Shown: piece by piece, positions 13,075 to 25,439 of the stretch
Layout of the letters: each line of letters begins with the position of its first letter
How positions within the stretch are numbered: the stretch's first letter is position 1
Source: Hydrolagus colliei
Lineage: Eukaryota
NCBI GenBank assembly: GCA_035084275.1
Contig: CM068778.1
Coordinates: forward strand, 1,054,001-1,118,000
Direction of reading: 5' to 3'
DNA length: 64,000 nt
Notes under the pieces: generated by a model
Told to the model about the DNA's origin: nothing
The model's database searches: none
What the model saw: only the letters and a program-made list of their open reading frames with translations
Position numbers and translations under genes: made by a program

Positions 13075-13359
13075 GACACATTTCCACTGATTTGGGACGT
13101 GCTCCTGATGTGAATGGTGATATACAAGTGTAATTTTGTTGTGGCTGTGTCAGTTTGTGAACTCAGACTGTGGCCTCTGACTAATCAGCAGCATTTGATC
13201 ATTTGGCTGGCAATTGGAGTTGAAGATCAAGATGAACATTGATTAATGGGCAGGAAATCAACAAAGATCCCTTCAGGTTCATATTGCCAATGTCAGTGTT
13301 GAAATGTCAGCTATTTGATTTATAAGTGGCTCGTTGGTCCAGGGGTATGACTCTCACTT

Positions 13360-16010
13360 TCAGGATAGCGAAACAGCAGGTCAGAGAGATAGGCGGAGGG
13401 AAGGTCTTTAATGGCCCTGAATGTGAGGACTAGGATCTTGAATTGGATCCTCAAGAGATGGGGAGCCATTAGAGCCCGGCGAGGGTGGGAGTGATATGGT
13501 CGCAGAACTTGGATTGGGAGAGAAAACAAGCTGCAAAGTTCTGGATAATCCACAGCTTGTGAAAGGAAGAGCCAGAATAGCCGATGAGTAGGGAGTTTTG
13601 AATACTCGACCCTTGGTGTGAGGAATGCATGGACAATGGTTTCAGCAACCTGAAGTATGAGGCAGTGGCAGTGTCTGGCAGTGTTGCAGAGCTGGTGGAA
13701 GGCTGTACTGGTCACGGCTTTTGTGGAGGCAGGACAGTTCAGGATCAAACAAGACACCCAGGTTCCTGACTGGCTTTGAGAGATGGAGCCTTCAATGCCA
13801 ATCCTGCCAGCGCCTGAATTGCAGAGGCGCTGATGTGAGCCAACTGGGAGGATATTGTACTAGAGAAAGTTATCACACATTCAGGAATTATGTCAGACAG
13901 GCAGGCAGTCAGGGCACTGTTAGTCCTGGAGTTGAGGGTGAAAACAGAAAGGCAGACTTGAATGTCATTTGCATACATTTGAAAATTTACCCAATGACTG
14001 CGGGTGAAGTTACCAAAGCGGAGCATGCAGAACAACAACAACAACTTTGATTTACTGTAAATAGCGCCCTCCACACCGTATGGCATCTCAGAGTGCTTCA
14101 CAACAACGGATCCCGTGCACAAGCCATGGGCAAGGGTTAAATAAGGTGACTGAAGGCGTAGTCCAAAAGAAAGGTCTTTAGCCTAGATCTGAATTGAGGA
14201 AGAGAGAGGGCAAGACAATAGGAGTGAAGAAGGGAGTTCCAGAACTTTGGGGGCATAGTGGCTGAAGGCATGCCTCCCAATGGTGGACCAGAGGATTTCA
14301 GGGTCAAGGTGGAGACCAGAACCAGAGGAGCAAAAGCAACAGGTAGGGAGTGCACAAGAGTGGAGCGATTTGAAGACATGAGTGACGATCCTGAAACCAA
14401 TCCTCTCCGAGACAGGGAGCCAGTGAAGTCTGGAAAAGATTGGGGTAACGAGCGAGTGAAGTTTGGTGCCAATGAGAATGCAGGTGGAATGAGCTGGATT
14501 TTATGGATTATGGTGGAGGGAAGACCAGCGAGTAGTGCATTTGCATAGTCCAGCCAAGAGGTGAAAAAAGCAGAGACTAGAGTTTGAGAGGCTTTTTGGG
14601 GCAAGGTAGTGGAGGTGTAAAAAAGCGATGGTGATGATGGACCAGATATGTGGGAGGAAGGACAGTTGGGAGTCGAAACTGATGTCAAGGTTGAATGCCA
14701 GTTCGTAGAGTTTTAGGGGCAGGTCGCATAGGTGGAGTAGGAGAGACAAGTAATTGAAGATGTTGACGAGAGTCAAAGAGCATGGCTTCCATTTTGTCAT
14801 CATTCAGCTGCAGGAAAATCATGCTCATGAAGCTCCTGATGTCTGACAGGCAGGCTGACAGAACATGGGGGTACTGGGGGTCGCAAAGTGAGGTGAAAAA
14901 ATAGAATTGGATGTCATCCACATACATGTATAGGGTGAAGAGCAGGGGACCAAGGACAGAGCATTGAAGAACACTGCGTGCGACAGTGTGGGAGCTGGAG
15001 GAAAAGCTGTTGAGAGACACAAAGTGGAGACCATGTAGGACTGGAACCAGTCAAGATCAAAATCTTGAAAGTTGAGGTTGGGAGGAAAGGTGGTAGAGTA
15101 GGATTGAGTGGTCTACGATATCAAAGATGGCAGATAGGAAGAGGAGGACAAGGAGGCAGAGGGTGTCCTGGTCGAAATGTTTGGGTTATCATTTGTGACC
15201 TTGACCAGAGCAGTTTCATTCCTGTGAGTTGCTGGGAAGCCCAATTAGAGGTACTTGTGGAAGTAGTGGGATGAGAGTAAGGAGTGAAGCTGTGAGGCAA
15301 AGACTCCTTCAAGGACCTTTGTCAGACATGTAAAGTTGGAGATGGGCTGGTAGCTTGAAAGGTGCTTCACATCAATGGAAGATTTCTTGCGGATGGGGGT
15401 GATAGTAGCTGTTTTAAAGAGGGTTGGAGTTATGCCGGATGAATGGCACAGGTTGATTATGTTGGTGAGCAGTAGGCCAAGGAGGTGGAGCTGGGAGGTA
15501 AGGAGAGCGATGGGGACGGGGTGCAGGGAGCAGGAGGTGGACTTCATGGAGGATATGGTTATGATGACAGAGGATGATGAGACAGGTTCGAAGGTGTGGA
15601 AGAATGAATGGGTAGGTGTCAGAGTATGGGAGGGAGGTGGGGATGGGGGATGGAAGTTGGAAGAGCGTTGACAGCTGATCGGATTCCATCAATTTTGGAC
15701 ATGCGTAAGTCCGCATCTCCTCACAGTGGGGTTGGACAAAGTATCTGCGGGGCAAGCCGAGCATGGAGGAGGAGCCAGTTTGTCATGGGGAACAGGAGCC
15801 TGGGATTGTCCTTCACCTCCAGGATTATCATGGAGCAGAAGGAAGATTTGGCGGAGGCCAGAGTGACCGGTAGTTTTGATGTGATCCAGCCAAATATACC
15901 GGTGGACTATTGGTCCAGATTTGAACCAGGTGCTTTCAATGGCCCAGTGGCTTGAGCAAGCAGAGGTGGCCGGTGAACCAGGGTGAGGTTCTAGACCAGG
16001 AGGCGGTGAG
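13360..16010 (-). mobile_element. Stacked degenerate L2 fragments
   Basis: Broken L2 ORF2 peptides (SVLGPLLFTLY, DDIQFY, TATITPIRKK) and an internal (aac)n tail at about 14030. Confidence 0.8.
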
Positions 16011-17505
16011 TGGCGCAAGAGCTTCGACTATCGTGGAGAGAGTTATGACCAATTGCCACAATCAAAAGGGATATTTAATGTTGATAGGAAAATAGATTGA
16101 GTGCAATAATCACCTTCATCATGTCACTGCTTTCAGTTTATTGGATTCTGTCGCCAATGATTGAATAATTGAAAATGAATGGGAACTAAATCCACATCAA
16201 GTGCTTTAAAACTACATCAACAACAGAATTCAGTTCAGCAGCTGGATTCATGTTTTATATTTCAGTTGTTGCCTGAAATATTTGCAACAGTTTCTATCTG
16301 TTGATTTATTTTGATGGTGGTTGTGTTTTTTTTCTACTCCAACTTTTTCAATGTTGAAAGTGTGAGCGTGTGTATCAGTACATTTTGTAAAATAAAAGAT
16401 AATTAGATGTTTCCACCAGGTTTTGAACCTGGGACCTTTCGCGTGTGAGGCGAACGTGATAACCACTACACTATGGAAACTTCAGTGACATGATTACTAT
16501 CGACAGATTAATACAAAATCAATGATGCCTTTTGGGTCCATGACAAATCTCACATGCACGATTGGGGTTTAACAGACTCTTGGAGGACATGGATTCAAAT
16601 CCCACTGCTGGGAAATGTTATTCTACTAACTCCCAATTCGTGATAATGTGCCGTAGACACTGCCAACTTTGCCAGTTCCACCAGGCACATTATCCAAATG
16701 ACCCAAACTCCACCACCCACATACTCACCCTTACTAAACTGCCCCCTTCACACCAGTGCTAGCCACATCAACTTGTCCCCCATCACTGAACAGGTTCATT
16801 TCAAGATTCTCACCCTCGTTTTATTATCTCTTCTTAACCTACAATAATAAGCCTTGAATTTGATACAGCGCATTTCACATCTTCCAGACGTTTCAACGCA
16901 AATCACAGAATATTCTGACAGTATGGGCGGAATGCTGCAGCCAACAGCCGTGTTCCACAAACAGTTGTGGATTGAAGTGGCCAATTTATTATTGTATTTA
17001 TTTGAAGGGATTATTTTCAGGTGTGTGGGGTAAAGCAAGTTGCCCAAGGGGAGTATGGAATACAAATGTATTCACCTGGTAAACCATGTTCATTGCATTC
17101 CAAACATAGGAATGCACACGTGTAGGCAGCATAGAATTCTCAAACTTCGTACAATCCTGATAATGGGTTCCCAACACTCGGCTGACAAACAGAACATTTC
17201 ATTGTAGGTTCATTTGCTATAATATTTTTCCTTTAAAACAATCCTTGTTCTTCAATACTAGTTTATTGTATGGTTAAAGGTGGGGGAGTGAAGTACTATA
17301 ATGGCAGAATGAGGTATTCAACTCAAACCCCAACTGATTTTGTCATTGTAGGAGATAGTTCTGGTCCTAGACAAAATGATTTAATGTTAATATTGGTAAC
17401 TAAACTCGACTGGTTGGCACTTATTATTGTCAACCATCAAATATATTCATAATTCACCAAACTGAATTAATTTGCATATGACAGACGACATAACATGTGA
17501 TACCA
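15595..17505. repeat. Segmental duplication block (L2-Val); inverted copy at about 49685-51590
   Basis: Reverse-complement matches across the block; paralogous spurious ORFs 16796-17065(-) and 50123-50392(+). Confidence 0.9.
16408..16480 (-). tRNA. tRNA-Val(CAC): tRNA-Val(CAC), possibly functional
   Basis: GTTTCCATAGTGTAGTGGTTATCACGTTCGCCTCACACGCGAAAGGTCCCAGGTTCAAAACCTGGTGGAAACA; the acceptor and T stems pair fully. Confidence 0.9.
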
Positions 17506-17805
17506 ACAACAACAACAACAATTTACATTTATAGAGCGCCTTTCACGTCGGTAGGACGTCCCAAGGCGCTGAACAAGAGGCATGTGACCCGAGCTGGGAG
17601 GGGAGTGTTTGGGAAGGGGTGAAACACGAAGGGGAGGTAAAAGAGTTCGGGGTGGAACAAAAGGCACGATCGAAGAGGAAAGTCTTCAAACCGGCCTTGA
17701 AAGAGGAAAGGGAAGAGGCGAAACGGAGGGATTGAGGGATGGCATTCCATAAGGTGGGAGCGGAGAAACTAAAAGCCCGGTCTCCGATGGTGGGGCGGTT
17801 TGGGG
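17505..17805 (-). mobile_element. L2 3' fragment abutting the 3' UTR of unit A
   Basis: (aac)n tail and L2 terminal motif; it replaces the poly(A)-signal region seen in unit B. Confidence 0.85.
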
Positions 17806-17935
17806 GTGTCTGGGGGGAGGTGTGAGGAGAGGGAGGGGGGAGTGGAGGAGAGGAGGGTAGGGTAAGGGTAAGGGGTAGGAGGAGAGAGGTGCCGACAAAA
17901 GGAGCAGCCAACGGATGAAGCCAATGGGAAACACG

Positions 17936-20912
17936 TCATTGGCAGCCATTGACGTTGTCCATCAGGATGAGAGAGGGGTTTAGGAAACAGGGTTTACCGC
18001 TGAACTTGTTGATTGATCTGGTCTTGGGCTGGTCCATGGATTCGTGTCTGACCACACAGGAGTAGGTGTTCCCCTGCTCCCACTCGGAGCTCGAGATGGA
18101 CACCAGACTGTACATGGATTGTTTGAGTCCGGTCTCGTTTCCCATGACCTCCGTGTTGGAGTAGTTGCCCTCGCTAATGGCCCGGCCGTTGAAGGTCCAC
18201 TCCACCAGGATCTCCTCGGGGGCGAAGTCCTTCACCAAGCTCGTGAGGTTGACCGATTGGTGAGAGGAGAGCTCCTCGTCCAACAGGAGGAGGAGATACA
18301 CTGAAGGCTGTTCTGGGGAGACTGTGGGGAGAGTTGGCACTCGAATCAACGGCGGCAACAAAACGGACGATGCTCGTAGAGACACTTTCAAGTCAGGAGG
18401 ACGTCCCATGGCGACGGACAGTCACTGTGTCAGACCCGAGTGAGGGTAAGACGGGGGGTGGGGTGAGGGGGAGGGGAGGGAAGGGGGGAGATTGGGAGTT
18501 GCCGATGGGTGCATCGAAGAGGAGAGTCTTGAGGTGGGACTCGAAGGGAGGCCAGGGAGGGAGTGAGGGGGCGAGTGAGCGAGGTGGAGAGAATGTGGGA
18601 TGTGGGGAGGGAGGGAGGGAGGGAGGGAGGGAAGGGAGTGAGTGAAGGAGGGTGGGGGCGAGTGAGCGAGCGAGCGAGGTGGAGGGAATGTGGAATGTAG
18701 GGAGGGAGGGAAGGGAGGGAGGGAGGGAAGGGAGCGAGGGAGCGTGTGAGCGTGCGAGGGAGGGAGCGAGAGCAGATTGGGATAAGGAGTTCCAGTTGCC
18801 AATAAGCCAAATAAACCATTCGTTGGTCCTGAAAACCCCTGGCGTCCTTTGCTCACCTTCGCTCTTGGATATCTCTGCGCGCTTGGGAGAGGCCATGGTT
18901 GGGTGGCTGGCCTGGCAGGCGTATCACTTCCTACTGGCCCATTCTTCGGCGGGAATCTCCAACTCGGTGACCGCTCGCCGAGCCGAGCGACTCTCGTGCG
19001 CCGAATGTAAGGCCGTCTGTCCTCGAGTCCAACTCACGGCGACGTCGCTGGGGGCGTTGGTCACGACGCAGGTCAGGGTGATGGTGGCCTGCGTCAGCAG
19101 CTGCCTTGGTGAGGGCGGCAGCAGAGACACGCAGACTTCTGGCACGGCAGGCGGACAATCGGGAGGTCCTGCGGTTCGAATCCGGGCAGATCAGTTCAGG
19201 GTCCAGGGCAAGGCAGGGGGAGACCCTGGGCAAGTTTCCGTACGCTCCCCCCCAACACACGCATACACACACGTACGCACACACACGCAACACACACGTA
19301 GCACACACAACACACACAGTGTGAGTGTGTGGGGGGGCTGGGTGATTCTAATTGTGCGTGTGTGTGGGGGACTGGGTAATAACCCAGTCCCCCACAGTTA
19401 TTGTAATAACTCACAATAGTGAGTAGGTGTGTGTATGTGAGTGTGCATGTTTGTGTGAGTGTGTGTGTGAGTGTGCGTGTCTGCGTTTGTGAGTGTGTGT
19501 GTGCATGTGTGAGAGTGTGTGTTTGTGTATGTGTGAGAGTGTGTGTTTGTGAGTTTGTATGATTGCATGAGTGAGTTTGTGTGAGTGAGTGTGAGCGTGT
19601 GTGGGGACTGGTTTATTGTGAGTGTGTGTGCGTGTGTGTGTGAGTGTGAGTGTGTGTGAATGTGTGTGTGTGCGAGAGAGAACGAGTGCTCTGTACCACT
19701 GAGCTACAGGAGACCCCAACCCTACCTGGGCTCCAATTGGTGATGTTCTTGATGATGAGGGTCTGGGAGGGGTCATGGGTGACTTTGCAGGAATAAACCA
19801 CGTCTTTCGTCCAGTTTGTGGCCTGGATGGTCAGCCGGCTGTCAGTACGGAAGGTCCCATTGTCATTGAGCGAAGGGGAGCTCTTGAAGCCTGAGGCCAA
19901 GGCCTTCCCGTCCTTCAGCCGGTCAACCCTGAGCTTGTCCGGACTGAAGCCAGAGACTGAGCAGAGAAGGGTGGCCTGGTTGGCGAAGGCGAAGGCGATG
20001 TCTTCGGGGGACGTCTGCGTGAGGAGCACAACTGGGGGCGATGGCGACAACAACAAGGACAAAATTATACACGCACAGACAGGGGCTTTTGCGTCAGGAG
20101 GACGTCCCAAGGCGCGGACAGTCACTGTTTCAGAACGAAGCTGAGGACAATGTGATGGGGTAGGGGGGTGGGGGTGTGGGGTGTGGGGGGGGGGGGGTTG
20201 GGCTTCGAGGGTGGGGGAGGGGAGGGGGTGTGGAGTGGGGTGTGGGGGGGAGGGGGGTGGAGTGGGTGGTGGTTGGGGGAGATTAGGATTTGCCGATGGG
20301 CGCATCGAAGAGGAGGGTCTTGAGGCGAGACTTGAAGGAGGCCAGGGAGAGAGGGAGAGAGGCAGAGAGGGAGAGAGCGAGGCGGAGGGACTGGGGGATG
20401 GAGTTCCAGAGATTGGGGGGAGGTGGGCGGACGGATAGCGTAGCTGAAGGTTGGCCCATTTGGCTCACCGTCATAAGAGCATAAGCATTAGGAGCAGAAG
20501 TAGGCCATTCAGCCCTTCGAGCCTCGCGTGAAAGGCTCTACACAGGGGGTAATGTTGTTGTTGTTGTTGTCTCTGTACCTTTGGAAACACAAAACTAACC
20601 TGGGGTACAGATGTCGTCGCCTGACCAGCTACTGCTTTTGACTTGACAACAGAGATTGGAGATGTCCACCTGAGATGCCCGCATGGTCAGCTGGCTGCTG
20701 GCTGTGTAGAGACCGTCCTTGCTGAGCACCGGGGGGTAACTCCTGACTTGGCCTTCGTTGGCGATGGGACATCCATTGGAGGTGCAGCTGAAAGTCGCCG
20801 GCTCGGGGGAGTAGTCGGCGGCCAGACACCCGAACGTGAGTCGGCCGTCGGGGGTGGGGGTGCGATCCGCAGATGGACCGGAGGGCGTAAAGACTGGGAG
20901 CTCTAGGGGTGG
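17936..20912 (-). pseudogene. ighm: IgM-type constant region, unit A (CH1 20912-20600, CH2 20031-19726, CH3 19138-18857, CH4+sec 18321-17936)
   Basis: Phase-1 C1-set exons paralogous to unit B. Lesions: +4 nt frameshift and W>C in CH1, W>R in CH2, TGA at 18926-18924 in CH3, C>S in CH4. Confidence 0.92.
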
Positions 20913-22057
20913 CTGGAAACGCGGAGAGAGCAAAGTTAGACCCCCGCCCACCAGGTTTCCGCCGTTGTCCATTTGGGTCAGACGCCACAGATTCACTGGA
21001 CTAGACCTGCCGCACGCGTCAATACACACACAGGAGTAGGCCATTCAGCACCTCGAGCCCGCCCCGCAATTCAATAAGGTCACGGCGGATCTTGTAATCT
21101 AACTCCCCCCACCTTGTCCACATCTCCCCTTAATCCCTTCATACTCAAGAAATCTCATCAATCTCAGTCTTGAATATGTCCAGGGACTGACTGAGCATCT
21201 ACAGCCCTTTGGGGTAGAGAATTCCATCCATTCACTATCCTCTTGAGTGAAGATGTTTTTTTTCAACTCAGTGTGAAAAGGCTGACCCCTCGTCTTCAGA
21301 CTGTGACCCTCTAGTTATGGTTTCTCCAACCAGGGGAGACAGTCTCCCACTGTCTACTGTGTCAATGCCCCTTAATTATCTGATAGGTTTCTATAAGATC
21401 ACCTCTGATTCTTCTAACCAGGTCTCACACTCAATCACAGCCTGAACCCTGACATCTCAAACGCAAACTGTTTCCGTCCAATAACCCACAGTTTACTGAA
21501 CACACTCCTTCTCTCAGCCAGACGCTCTCTCTCCCTCTCTCTCTCTCTCCCTGTGTCCCTTTCTCTCGCTCTCGGTGACTGGCCAGCCAGCTCACACTCT
21601 GTCCTTCCACGTCACAACACGGAGCGTTCAATCTGCGTTTCGCCCACAAACGTACAGTCACTACACATGACAGTCTATTCTGTGAAGCGCTTTGAGACAC
21701 AGTCGATCGGATGTGAAAAGCCGCCACGTCTAACGCAAGGATTGTTCTCATTACTAACACCTGGATCTCTTATACAGAGTTTACGCTGTGTGTTCGATTG
21801 AAATCAGATCTGTGTGTGTTTTCTCCGCCGATCAGTTGGTGCGAAACAGGAACCAGATGATTGTAAAGCAGCAACGGCCTCTAGTGTCTACTGTGCGCTG
21901 TGAGGAAGCCTCACTCAATTGCCGTGAAAATCAAATTGAAATGAAATTCTGAGCTCCTGAAGCTCAGTGGTTAGAGACACTGACTCGCCTCGCAAGCGCA
22001 AGACCTGTGTTCGAATCCGGGTAGATCAGGTCAGGGCGTGACCTGGGGCCAAGTTTG

Positions 22058-22198
22058 NNNNNNNNNNNNNNNNNNNNNNNNNNNNNNNNNNNNNNNNNNN
22101 NNNNNNNNNNNNNNNNNNNNNNNNNNNNNNNNNNNNNNNNNNNNNNNNNNNNNNNNNNNNNNNNNNNNNNNNNNNNNNNNNNNNNNNNNNNNNNNNNN
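22058..22198. other. Assembly gap; others at 37835-37996, 38952-39081, 39552-39695, 41193-41356
   Basis: N runs. Confidence 1.
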
Positions 22199-23309
22199 CA
22201 TCCCTCCAAAAGAAACCACAAAAATAAAAATTGTGATTTTCAATCCACGGCTGTGTGTGCGCAATTGACTGCCGTGTTTCGCTCTCCCACAAATATACAG
22301 TCACTACACTTGACAATCTATTATGTGAAGCGCTTTGAGACACAGTCGATAAGATGTGAAATTTATTATATTATTGTAATATCCTTGCAGTTTTAGTGAC
22401 TGTATTTTCAATGACATCCCAGCAGTGTAAACCCACATTACTCTCAGTCTCCCCCCCCCACCACCCCAGTCTCCCCCCCCCCCCCCCCCCCCTCTCCCCC
22501 GGACGAGCCTCTTTCCTTCCTATAAAACAACCGACTGAAATTCAGATTGGAACCGATCAGACAGGCTGCCACTCGCTCATCCCACAACATTCAGGCCCTG
22601 ATTCCCAACACGCGGCAAAAGTTTCAAACGTATTTATACAATTCTGATCCCAACTTACCCCCATAATCAACAGACGGCATCACCACGATCAGACATCGCA
22701 GGAAGTCTGTCAGTGTGACTTCAGCTGTGCAGTCACTAACCACCGAAAATATACCAGTAATAATACTAACAATATAATTATAATGAAATAATTCATATAA
22801 ATGTTAAATGTAACGTGTGACATTTAAATTGAAAACTTAATTTAATTAATTTAAATTTGAAAATTTAAAATTTAAGTTAAAATTGTTAATTTAAAATTGA
22901 AAATTTTAAAATTAGAATTTTCCATTGTCGATTTTCCATTTTAAATTTTTTTAATTAAAAAATAAATTTTAATTTTAAATGTTACATGCTACATGTTAAA
23001 GTTAAACTTTAAATTTTGAACTTAAACAGTAAACATTGAATATCAAGCATTGAATAATAATCATTATATTTGATATCGCGCTTTTCACATTTTATCAACG
23101 TCTCAAAAGCTCTGCACAGAATACACTGAATTGACAATATATTTTGCGGGAGAGACGAACGCGGCAGCCAATTGCGCACAGCAGCTTCCCCACAAATAGC
23201 CGTGGATTGAAAATAACCAATTTTATTTCAGTGGGATTATTATTGAGCGAGTGAGTGAGCGCGTTCTTTCGCTCATTCGTTCGTTCGTTCATTCGCAAAT
23301 GATTCTTAC

Positions 23310-23365
23310 CGTCAGTCACTGTCAGCCTGGTCCCTTGTCCCCAGAAGTCAAGAACTCCAGTTGTG
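23310..23365 (-). other. ighj: JH segment of unit A, probably D-J joined: TTGVLDFWGQGTRLTVTD
   Basis: WGQG motif, donor G|gtaaga, perfect heptamer at 23366-23372, no recognisable nonamer at 12 or 23 bp. Confidence 0.88.
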
Positions 23366-24356
23366 CACAGTGATACAAATACTGGCCTCGGTCTCTGCTC
23401 TCTCTACACTGGCTGCCAAAAGTCACTGAAATGGGCTATTTTAATGCCAGACAGAGTCTCAAATAATAATAATAACAATAATAATAATTCTTCTATTTAT
23501 AACGTGACTTTTCGCGTCACACGCCTCCTGTGCAGCGCCTTGGGACGTCCTCCCGACGTGAAAGGCGCTCTATAAATGTAATTTGTTGTTGTTGTTGTTG
23601 TGTGTCTGTGTCTGTCTGTGTCTGTGTGTGTGTATGTTTGTGGAGTAAGGAAACTTGTCCCGAGGTCTCTCCCTGACCTGACCTGCCTGGATTCGAACCC
23701 ACGTCTCTCTCTCGCGGTTTGTAAGGCGAGCTAGTGCGTTGCTTTAACCCACTGAGCTGCGGGAGCTCCCAGTCAGACGTCAAGAAACACACAGAACTCA
23801 TGTCTCGAGCAACAGGAAAGAGAGGGAGTCAACAGTTCACTGAGTTCTATCGTTTATTGAGAGTTCGAGTCCGACAAGCCGACAGTGTCTGTGGCGACAA
23901 CAACGACAACAGCAACACAACCACACTGGTACAGACAGAGCCTCCCACGTCAGGGGGACGTCCCGAGGGTCTGGACAGTCAGGTCAGGGCCCTGGGGGGG
24001 TGGGGGGGGGGGGTGGTAGAGTAGGAAAGGGGGGAGGATAGGAGGGTAGCAGGAGGCATGGTCGATCAACACACACGCACACACATACACACACACACAC
24101 ATATATATACACACACACACACACAGAGGCTGAAATTATTAATCGTATCTTTCATTTTATTTTCCAGGTGAAATGAGTCTCTTCACCTCAGCTTCACGGA
24201 CGAGCCTCGCGTGTGTATATGTGTGTGTGTGTGTGGGTGTCTGTGTATGTGTGTGTGTCTGTGTATATGTGTGTGGCTGTGTGTTGATCGACCGTGCCTA
24301 TATGCCGTGCACATATACACACGCGAGCCTCGTCCGTGAAGCTGAGTTTAAGAGAA

Positions 24357-24798
24357 TCATTTCACCTGGAAAATAAAATGTCTCTCACACTTCTAAGGCG
24401 AGTGAGTGAACGAGTTCACTCGTTTGTTCGTTCGCGAGTGAGTGGGTGGGTGGGTGCACTCCTGAGTTCACTCGTGAGTTCGTTCGTTCCTTCATTCGCT
24501 CGCTCGTTCGTTCACTTGTTCATTCGCTTGTTCGTTCGCTCATTCGTTCGTGAATGTGTGAGTGAGTGTGTGAGCAAGCGAGGGAGAGAGTGGAGGGGAG
24601 TGAGTGAGTGAGTTCACTTGTTTGTTTGTTCATTCGTTCGTGAGTTCGTGAGTTGCCGTCTCCTCACCGTAATCAGAGTGACGGTGGCGCTGTAGAACAT
24701 ACTCAGGAAGAAGAGGATGATGAAGGTGGAAGCTGTAGGCCAGAGGTTGCCACTTTCATCTGATGAGAAACCCTCCAGCGTCATCTCGGCTGAGAAAC
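24357..24798 (-). CDS. ighm: Unit B membrane exons: TM1 24798-24668, TM2 24365-24357
   Basis: [44 protein letters not shown]|VK*; conserved antigen-receptor TM motif; GT-AG phases match the internal CH4 donor at 27022. Confidence 0.92.
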
Positions 24799-25439
24799 CT
24801 GTGCGGATACAACCCGGAGATATATAATAATATTAATATTAATAACAATAATCCTGGCGTTTGATGTCGCCGCTTCTCGCGTCTCACCGGCCGCGTCTCA
24901 AAGCGCTTCGCGGGATAGACTGTCAAGTGTAGTGACTGTGTATATATCTGTGGGGAGAGCGAAACGCGATCGGCAGCCGATTGCGCACGGCAGCGTCCCC
25001 CCCCCCCCCCCCCCACACACAGAGCCAACAGTGGGTTGAAAATGACCGATTTTTATCAAAAAGGGATTATTATTAGGTATGAGTGTGTGTATGTGTGTGT
25101 GAGTGTGTCTGTGGTGACTGCATGTGTGTGTGTGTGGTGACTGTATGTGTGTGTGTGTGCGTGTGTGGAGTAAGGAAACTTGTCCCAAGGGCTCCCCCTG
25201 ACCTGCCTGGATTCGAACCCAGGTCTCTCTCTCTCAGGGCTTGTTAGAGTGAGTGAGTGAGTGAGTGTCTCTAACCCACTGAGCTACAGGACTTTGCTGC
25301 GTGTGGGTTGTGTGAGGCTGATTTGGGGGGTGGGGGTGTGGGGAGGGTGATCAGACACTGTCCCTCACAGTCGAAGTGAAGTTTCGTAACTAAGGGAACA
25401 ATGACGTGGAGTTTATTGTCGAAAATAACTTCAGATTCA

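Larger units (their letters stand above)
12180..15440. repeat. Segmental duplication block (Ile-Glu-Pro half-L2); direct copy at about 43080-46415, partial copy at about 4060-5020
   Basis: Collinear, highly similar sequence visible line by line, including the unique spacers. Confidence 0.9.

Noticed and set aside
17470-17477. ATTTGCAT octamer as an Ig regulatory site
   Set aside because: Also present in the non-Ig paralog (49711) and far from any V promoter.
18450-18780. G-rich CH3-CH4 intron repeats as a class-switch region
   Set aside because: Wrong position, the G-rich strand is the template strand, and there are no AGCT arrays.
18393-19419. Long Pro/Ser- or Gly/Arg-rich ORFs, also 25437-25973 and 53497-54201
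   Set aside because: Translations of (TCCC)n, (CA)n and (GA)n low-complexity DNA, or antisense to Ig exons.
21655-21700. Recurrent cacagtcactacac motif as RSSs or D segments
   Set aside because: Part of the SINE tail; no nonamer at 12 or 23 bp.
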